Assembly (NCBI RefSeq): GCF_000332335.1
Contig: NZ_KB235948.1
Coordinates: 4,222,977 to 4,286,976 of the forward strand
Origin: Oscillatoria sp. PCC 10802
Lineage (GTDB): Bacteria; Cyanobacteriota; Cyanobacteriia; Cyanobacteriales; Oscillatoriaceae
Reading direction: 5' to 3'
DNA length: 64,000 nt
The position numbers and the translations under genes are program-made. A model generated the notes under the pieces. The model was not told the DNA's origin and searched no databases. It saw nothing but the letters and a program-made list of their open reading frames with translations. Each line of letters opens with the position of its first letter. Within the stretch, counting starts at the first letter, position 1. Positions 57,902 through 64,000 of this stretch are shown here, piece by piece.

Positions 57902-59302
57902 TCACCCCGGCGGCTCCAAGAGACTTTTGTTGTAGTCAGGAGCCAGTACAATATTGGTATAGGTTCCCCGACCGGCGACATAATAATAGGCGTGTCTCAC
58001 ACCGGCAGGAATAAACACAGACGCGGGACTTTCCACTGTCCGCTCTTCATCTCCTAGCTGAACATTGCAAACCAGTCCTGTCCCGTCTGGCGCATCACCC
58101 CAAAAGATAAAAGCGCTGTCACAGTGGTGAGCGTGCGTATCGACGTGCTTTTCTGGCGTGATAGGAATGCCGTGCAAACCGATAAATCGCTGAATCACAT
58201 AAAAAGAAGAGCGAGAATCGACGCGCGAGTCCATCATCACCCAGCGCACTCCCGGTCCGTCTCGGTGATACTTCAATTCGGACGAACCTTTTGGAAACGG
58301 CTTAGCAATGTCTAAACTTCCCGGCAACTTAGGCGTGCTTAAAGGCGTCCGCTCTTTTTCAACCGTGCGAACGCGCCCCACGATTTCCGGCGCGAAAGGT
58401 TCGTAAGCCTCAGGCTCTAGAACCACCGCTTTCGCATGGTATTTTGAGGTGTGAGTAAATGCGTTGCGCCCGACAATCGGGCGCAATTTATCCGGCTGGT
58501 AGCCTGCAGCCAGCCCCACAGCATAAGCCAGCTGCGGGATTTTTTCCAGAGGGAAACCTTGCTCCCCACGCATTTGCTGCAAAGCGACAGAAAGCTGTAT
58601 CAAATCTGTGATGCCGGTGCGCTCACCAATCCCTAAAATAGAAGTATCAACCACAGAAGCGCCGGCATCTATCGCGGCGAGCGCATTCGCCAGTGCCAGA
58701 CCCAAGTCATTGTGGAGGTGGACTTCAATAGGGCACCTCAACGTTTCAACCGCACGGGATACGAGTTCCCCACAAGTGCGGGGTTCTAAAACACCGACTG
58801 TATCAGCCAAACTGATGATATCAGCACCGGCGGCTAAAGCCAGACCCGCCACCCATTCGATGTCTTCCCACAAAGTTCGCGAAGCATCCTCGACGGATAA
58901 ACGAACCTTTAGACCCAGGGTTTTTGCTTCGGAAATGGCGGCTTTTACTTTCTCGTGAATATAATCCGGGTCGTGACCGGCAAACTTAGTTTTTCTGCCA
59001 ATCGGATTAACTGAGGCCCAAATTCCCACCCAGTCCGCACCGGCACGTTTTGCCGAGCGCACTTCTGCAATATCCGCTCTGCTGTGCATCAAAATCTCAG
59101 CCGCTCTCGCCGCGCGAGAAACTTCCAGACAGATCCGCTCATCCTCCGCTGATATCCCGGGATGCCCCACTTCCACCAAATCGATGTTAAAATCTTCCAA
59201 AAGGTGGAGGATTTGAATTTTGTCTTGGCTGGTAAAGCGCACTCCGGCTTGCTGTTCGCCCTCTCGCAATGTAGCGTCTAAAATCCGCACCAAAGGCTTC
59301 AT
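57902..59302 (-). CDS. HMGL-like (2-isopropylmalate/homocitrate synthase family) catalytic domain fused to C-terminal cupin domain
   Basis: LDATLREGEQ and HxH (HLHNDLGLA) mark the DRE-TIM metallolyase fold. The C-terminal part (DTHAHHCDSAFIFWG...IPAGVRHAY) is a cupin two-motif pattern. Confidence 0.6.
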   Translation of the reverse strand: MKPLVRILDATLREGEQQAGVRFTSQDKIQILHLLEDFNIDLVEVGHPGISAEDERICLEVSRAARAAEILMHSRADIAEVRSAKRAGADWVGIWASVNPIGRKTKFAGHDPDYIHEKVKAAISEAKTLGLKVRLSVEDASRTLWEDIEWVAGLALAAGADIISLADTVGVLEPRTCGELVSRAVETLRCPIEVHLHNDLGLALANALAAIDAGASVVDTSILGIGERTGITDLIQLSVALQQMRGEQGFPLEKIPQLAYAVGLAAGYQPDKLRPIVGRNAFTHTSKYHAKAVVLEPEAYEPFAPEIVGRVRTVEKERTPLSTPKLPGSLDIAKPFPKGSSELKYHRDGPGVRWVMMDSRVDSRSSFYVIQRFIGLHGIPITPEKHVDTHAHHCDSAFIFWGDAPDGTGLVCNVQLGDEERTVESPASVFIPAGVRHAYYYVAGRGTYTNIVLAPDYNKSLLEPPG

Positions 59303-59325
59303 CTCGCACTCCTTGTCCCTCACAG

Positions 59326-60417
59326 TCACTCACTCCGCAAAAACTTTTCTGTCTCGTCAATCAGTTGCGCCCGATTCTTTTCATACAGCGCCCAGTGGGT
59401 TGCTTCTGGGATAACAACTTCTTTCTTCCTGGAACTTCCCGTGACTTTATTAATGAAAGTTGGGTCAGCAAAAAAGTCAGCGTCACCCCGAATAATCAGG
59501 ACAGGAGCTTGAATTTTTGAGGCGTCAAAGATGGGTCTGTTCGTCCAAATATAGTACAAATCGACCAAAGGGCCCATTGGCCGGCGGACCGCCGGTGGCT
59601 GGCGAGTTTGGCTCGCCGGATCGGATGCCAAGATTACTTTTTCTACAGCCGGCATTGCGGCATCGCTCACCAGGTCTTTTCCGCTGATCATCATATGCCA
59701 GTGGTGAAGCGTAGCGTCAGGCGTCACCACTTGATACGCCGGTAAATTAGGATTCAATTCTCCCGGTTTGTCTTTGGCTTCAAAAAGTTGGGCCATTGAC
59801 GTCAGGTTGAAGCCGTGCATAGAGCCATACAAAACCAATTTATTGACATTTTCAGGATGAGCGATTGCGTACATGCTGGCCACTACCGAGCCCCAAGACC
59901 AGCCAATGAGGTTTATCTTCTCTACCGGGCGGCTTTTTTTGATAAACTCAACTGCAGCTTCCAAGTCTCTCACGGCATCAGTGGCGCGGATAACGGGGGG
60001 ATTTTCTGCCGGCGGTTTATCCATCGCCACCGGACGGGTGGACCTGCCAAATCCCCTAAAATCCATTGCCCAGGTGTCATAGCCTTTTTGGGCGCACTCC
60101 TCCATCCAAGAATATCCCGGAACGTCAAATGCTTCAGCAGTTGGGACGCCAAAGGGTTCTAAAAACAGGATGACTTCTTGATTTTTTAACGGCGGCTCCC
60201 CTTTCAGGATCTTGTGTCGCAAATAGAGTTCGATGCCGGCATCCGTGCTGGGAATCCTTTGCTCCTCAAACGCAACGGTTTGCGGGGTTTGTGCCGGCTG
60301 GGGGTTCCCCCCACTGGCCGCCAAATTCTGGATGTTTGGCCAGCAGCTGGTGAACAGACCCGCTGCCACAGCCAGCAGCAACATAGCCAGCAGTTTCCTG
60401 ACGAGCTTCTTTTCCAT
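59326..60417 (-). CDS. alpha/beta-hydrolase lipoprotein
   Basis: A lipobox-like LFTSC follows the signal peptide. The nucleophile elbow is GWSWG. It overlaps the upstream gene by 4 nt. Confidence 0.6.
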   Translation of the reverse strand: MEKKLVRKLLAMLLLAVAAGLFTSCWPNIQNLAASGGNPQPAQTPQTVAFEEQRIPSTDAGIELYLRHKILKGEPPLKNQEVILFLEPFGVPTAEAFDVPGYSWMEECAQKGYDTWAMDFRGFGRSTRPVAMDKPPAENPPVIRATDAVRDLEAAVEFIKKSRPVEKINLIGWSWGSVVASMYAIAHPENVNKLVLYGSMHGFNLTSMAQLFEAKDKPGELNPNLPAYQVVTPDATLHHWHMMISGKDLVSDAAMPAVEKVILASDPASQTRQPPAVRRPMGPLVDLYYIWTNRPIFDASKIQAPVLIIRGDADFFADPTFINKVTGSSRKKEVVIPEATHWALYEKNRAQLIDETEKFLRSE

Positions 60418-60426
60418 AACTCCTTT

Positions 60427-60876
60427 CTATTTTAGCGCAAAGTTGCTAACGAGACTCACTAATCCAGCTGCGATAATTAAGCCAGCCGGCAGCCCTTCAA
60501 AAAACAGGACAGCGATTAACGTCCCAATCAGAACCCCCGTCAGAAGTAGCGGCTGGCCAGGCAGAGCGCTCACCCCTCTCCCCCCGATGTAGGACACAAG
60601 AATGCCGGCTGCGATTGAAAAAATCCCCTTGAGAGTCAGCAGCTCTCTGCTCATTTGAGCGAGATTGACTTTTCCAGAAGCGATGGGGAGCATGAGAAAC
60701 AGCATCAAAAAAAAGATGCCGGTGTTAAACGAATACTTTTGCAAGATGCCGAGGGCGGGCTTGCTATCCGCAGCCGCTAATACTAGCAGCGATATAGCAG
60801 CCGACGCCAGACTGTAATCTTTAAATCCTAGCGCCAGTAAAGCGACCGACGCAAAAACAATCGAGGTTTGCAACAT
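60427..60876 (-). CDS. DUF441-like small membrane protein
   Basis: Start trimmed to MLQTS. Four TM helices. Confidence 0.4.
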   Translation of the reverse strand: MLQTSIVFASVALLALGFKDYSLASAAISLLVLAAADSKPALGILQKYSFNTGIFFLMLFLMLPIASGKVNLAQMSRELLTLKGIFSIAAGILVSYIGGRGVSALPGQPLLLTGVLIGTLIAVLFFEGLPAGLIIAAGLVSLVSNFALK

Positions 60877-60968
60877 TTTCCGTTGGCGTGAAAACGAAGG
60901 CAGGGCTGGGGGAGGGTGCGGGACAGAACTGCCGGACTCATCCTGACCCTCACAAAAAGCTACAAAAG

Positions 60969-61832
60969 CTACAGCGCAGTATTGTCCCAAGTCCCACTGG
61001 CAGGGGTTTCAACTTGAACCATTCCCTCCGTGGCAAGATTAATTTTGACCAGTTTAGGTGCGATTGCCGGCTCTAACCCCGGACGCTTGACAATCAGTTT
61101 GAAAGCTTCAAAGCTTGCTAAAACCCCCACAATATTCGCAACCGGTGCCAGCACCGCCCAAGGCGCTTCTTTGCTCACATAAGCCTCCGCCCAATTCGCA
61201 TCAGCACCCCAAGCAATCGAGTGGACGGCGCGGTCGTCTTTAATCGACTCAATTTCTTTGCACATTTCCGGAGTGAGCGGCTGCTGGTAAGAAGGATGGC
61301 GGAACACAATTTCGTAGGGAATGCAATCCGGAGTGAAACACATCACTCCCCCACGGAAAGGCGGTGTTACCGCAATCCATACAGAAGGAATCCCCAGTTT
61401 TGCCGCCGCGCGGTGGATGATAGCGCGAGCCACTAAATTGTCCGTGGCATCGACAATAACATCCGTACCCGCAAGCAGTTCCATTGCATTCTCTTCCCTC
61501 ACCCGTTCTAGAGACACTCGCACCTCCAGCTCCGGATTGATGTCTTTTAACGTTTCGCTGGCGACTGTCGCTTTGCTGGCGTTCAGTTTGCTTACGAAAC
61601 TGAGCATCTGCCGGTTCAAATTGCTCGCTTCAAAACTGTCGCCGTCAATCACATGAATGTGACCAACACCCATTCTTGCGAGCTGAATTAACGTAATGCC
61701 ACCCACCCCGCCGGCACCGACAACCGTCACTTTTGCATTGCGGAGTTTTTCTTGCTCCTCCCAACTAATCACTCCTATATTGCGGGTGAAACTCGCCTCA
61801 TACAATCCCTCACTGACCGCAGCCATCTCCAT
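60969..61832 (-). CDS. ThiF/MoeB-family E1-like adenylyltransferase #1
   Basis: VTVVGAGGVGG Rossmann motif, and IDGDSFEASNLNRQ. Confidence 0.75.
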   Translation of the reverse strand: MEMAAVSEGLYEASFTRNIGVISWEEQEKLRNAKVTVVGAGGVGGITLIQLARMGVGHIHVIDGDSFEASNLNRQMLSFVSKLNASKATVASETLKDINPELEVRVSLERVREENAMELLAGTDVIVDATDNLVARAIIHRAAAKLGIPSVWIAVTPPFRGGVMCFTPDCIPYEIVFRHPSYQQPLTPEMCKEIESIKDDRAVHSIAWGADANWAEAYVSKEAPWAVLAPVANIVGVLASFEAFKLIVKRPGLEPAIAPKLVKINLATEGMVQVETPASGTWDNTAL

Positions 61833-61855
61833 GCCCTCCTATAAATCGAAAACCA

Positions 61856-62737
61856 TTATAACGTTGCGTAATCCCAGCCCCCTGGAGGAGCCGGTGCCAC
61901 TCTCACCGGCGTTTCTGTGCTCAAATCAATCAGTATCCCTTTCGGAGCGCGAGCGAGCGGCTCCCGTCCCGTCAAAATTTGCACAGCTTCGTGAAAACTA
62001 AACAGCGCCAATAAATGCGCCCGCACCGGCGTAATAATCCAGCCAGCTTTCCCCTCGCAAAAATCTTGCGCCCACTCTCTCGGTGCCCCCTGGGTCACAG
62101 AATGCCAAGCGCGAGCTTTTTTAATATCTGCGATTCGCTGGCGCAGCTCCAGATTGGTTAACTTTTCTCCAACCCCCGGTAAATTCAGCGCCACTTCATA
62201 AGCAATTCCATCCGGAAAAAAAGAAGAAACAAAGCCTCGCGTCGGCGGACTTCCCGACATCCCCACACTGGGAATCCCCAGCTCGCGAGCCGTGCGGTGA
62301 ACAATCACTCGCGAGGGCATATCATCGACCGCTTCCATCACCAAGTCGTGCCCTTCTATCAAATCCACCACATTCTCCTCGTCCACCTGCGCCCGCACGC
62401 AGCGACAGGACAGGTAGGGATTGATATCTGCCAGAACTTCTTCCGCCACTTTCGCTTTAGGACGGTTCAGCCCCCTAACCGATGCCAGCATTTGGCGATT
62501 GATATTGGAAATTTCAAATTCATCGGGATCTGCAACCGTGATCTGCCCAATTCCCATCCGGGCGCACAGAATGGCTTCAAACCCGCCCACACCCCCCAAA
62601 CCGAAGATAATTACTTTAGCATCTTTTAATCTTTGCTGCTCTTGGGCGGTGTACACTCCAATATTTTTTTTGACCATTTCCCAATAATACGCTTCCGCTT
62701 CCGGCAGCGGTTGGGCAATCCCAGACTCTGCGGACAA
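61856..62737 (-). CDS. ThiF/MoeB-family E1-like adenylyltransferase #2 (paralog)
   Basis: VIIFGLGGVGG, and ADPDEFEISNINRQ. It shares a C-terminal ...GGWDYATL/...GTWDNTAL tail with paralog #1. Confidence 0.75.
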   Translation of the reverse strand: MSAESGIAQPLPEAEAYYWEMVKKNIGVYTAQEQQRLKDAKVIIFGLGGVGGFEAILCARMGIGQITVADPDEFEISNINRQMLASVRGLNRPKAKVAEEVLADINPYLSCRCVRAQVDEENVVDLIEGHDLVMEAVDDMPSRVIVHRTARELGIPSVGMSGSPPTRGFVSSFFPDGIAYEVALNLPGVGEKLTNLELRQRIADIKKARAWHSVTQGAPREWAQDFCEGKAGWIITPVRAHLLALFSFHEAVQILTGREPLARAPKGILIDLSTETPVRVAPAPPGGWDYATL

Positions 62738-63074
62738 AGGAACACCCCCTTAAAATTCCAAATGCTGTGTCCTACTTCCTGCCATTGTTACCGAACCCGC
62801 CGGCGCTGTCAAAAGACAGGCTGTCAAACTTCTCTGGTTCAACCGGCACGCAAGTTTTGGGACTCCCGAACCGGAACCGGCTCTCCCCTTGCGCCCGCGC
62901 AGAATCGCCCGCATTCCCAAGCAGGAAGCGGCAGAAACCAGGTTTCTTTAACAACAAGCTTTTAGGCTTTTAATTTTCCTATCTGCCCAAAGGAGCCGGA
63001 GGCTCCAGGACGGCGTTCCCAGGCAGAGCCTGAGAACGAGGGATAAAAGGCGTAGGACAGGCGTCTCGCCTGTC

Positions 63075-64000
63075 CTACTGTCCGTGCCCTAAGTGAATAC
63101 TGCTATATGTGGGAACTAAAGCCGGCGGGGTTGCGGCTTCGATTTCCACGGAAACCGCCTGCAACTCCTTGGCTTTTTCCTCCGGGAGGGCGTCGCTGGC
63201 AAACATGCCGGCAGCCAGTTCAGTGCCCGCCAGGTACTTGAGCCGGTCTTTCGTGCGGTAGGGGGGATAGAACTGGGCGTGCAGGTGGGCTTCCGGGTGG
63301 GGCTGGCCGTCGGTGGGTGCCCCGAACCAGGCCATCAAGTAGGGAAAGGGGCGGTCCCACAGTCCGTCGTACTTGAGGGTGACGGTTTTCAGGGCTCTGG
63401 CGAGACTCCAGCGCTGCTGGGCTGTCAGGTCTGCCCAGGTGGCCACCGGCTCGATGGGGGCAATCCAGACCTCGTAAGGGTAGCGGGCGCACACCGGCAC
63501 GAAGGCGATGGCGCAGTCATCCTGATAGACAATCCGCTTGGCGTCCTCAATCTCGTTTTGAATCAAGTCTTGCAGCAAACCGCGCCGGTGCTGCTCGTAA
63601 TGAACTTTCTGCAGCTCCAGCATGCGGGAGGGCACCGGCGGAACGAAAGGATAGGCGTAGATCTGCCCGTGGGGGTGGTGCAGAGTTACGCCCACCTCCA
63701 CGCCTCTGTTCTCAAAAGGCAGCACATACTGGATGTGCGCCCGCCCTCCCAGCACGCGGGTGCGGTCCGCCCACACTTGCAGCAGCAGGTCGAGATGAGT
63801 CAGTTCCAGGGAGCTGAGGGAGGCGTGGGGGTCTTGAGTGAAGACGACCACCTCGCACGCCCCACTGGCGGGGAGTGTCTCAACGAAGCACTGGGGCGGG
63901 TCGTGCGCCCCTAGGGCCATTGAGGGAAAGCGATTGTCGAAAACGGCCACGTCATAGCGCCCCTGAGGCAGTTCTGTGGGGAACTGGGGGTCTAAAGTCG
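63075..64000 (-). CDS. galT: galactose-1-phosphate uridylyltransferase (GalT, HIT-like), 5' end beyond window
   Basis: VFDNRFPS and the active-site [11 protein letters not shown]. The frame stays open to the window edge. Confidence 0.65.
   Translation of the reverse strand, partial: TLDPQFPTELPQGRYDVAVFDNRFPSMALGAHDPPQCFVETLPASGACEVVVFTQDPHASLSSLELTHLDLLLQVWADRTRVLGGRAHIQYVLPFENRGVEVGVTLHHPHGQIYAYPFVPPVPSRMLELQKVHYEQHRRGLLQDLIQNEIEDAKRIVYQDDCAIAFVPVCARYPYEVWIAPIEPVATWADLTAQQRWSLARALKTVTLKYDGLWDRPFPYLMAWFGAPTDGQPHPEAHLHAQFYPPYRTKDRLKYLAGTELAAGMFASDALPEEKAKELQAVSVEIEAATPPALVPTYSSIHLGHGQ

Overview
This 64 kb window is cyanobacterial chromosome. The evidence is psaK, apcF, glnA with a GTA-N8-TAC NtcA box, HIP1 GCGATCGC sites and abundant heptanucleotide microsatellites. 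Housekeeping genes are interspersed with an accessory region. Housekeeping calls are yqeK-rsfS, tRNA-fMet, tlyA, apcF, glnA, psaK, trpF, tex, galK, a partial galT, and an M50 protease. The main finding is a large, heavily tailored lasso-peptide (RiPP) supercluster at about 3.4-17.6 kb plus a satellite tailoring locus at about 26.8-33.8 kb. The core region has two asparagine-synthetase-like lasso cyclases (C) on opposite strands, a B1 (PqqD-like RRE) and B2 (transglutaminase-like protease) pair, three HPr-kinase-like kinase paralogs, an NTP_transf_5 nucleotidyltransferase, three tandem GT2 glycosyltransferases, a cytochrome P450, two SAM methyltransferases and two ABC exporters. It also has three precursor peptides that the ORF track missed or mis-called. 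Two of them (47 and 50 aa) lie in a ~680 bp tandem duplication that also copied the 3' end of B2. Both carry the canonical YxxPxLx3Gx5Tx leader and 8-residue X1-D8 ring cores. The third, on the plus strand, shares the leader motif but has a non-canonical core. Two of the three cores end in Ser, consistent with paeninodin/pseudomycoidin-type C-terminal phospho- or glyco-modification. The rest of the window holds paralogous GTPases flanked by inverted arrays of a 24 bp palindrome-containing tandem repeat, a small AT-richer two-gene module, and a GT-UDP-galactopyranose mutase fusion. It also holds a GH-like-RmlD fusion, a BlaI/BlaR1 pair, an orphan AbrB/MazE antitoxin, an SLH-OprB porin and a module of two E1-like (ThiF) enzymes with an HMGL-cupin fusion. 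At least three families of dispersed palindromic MITE-like repeats occupy intergenic regions.
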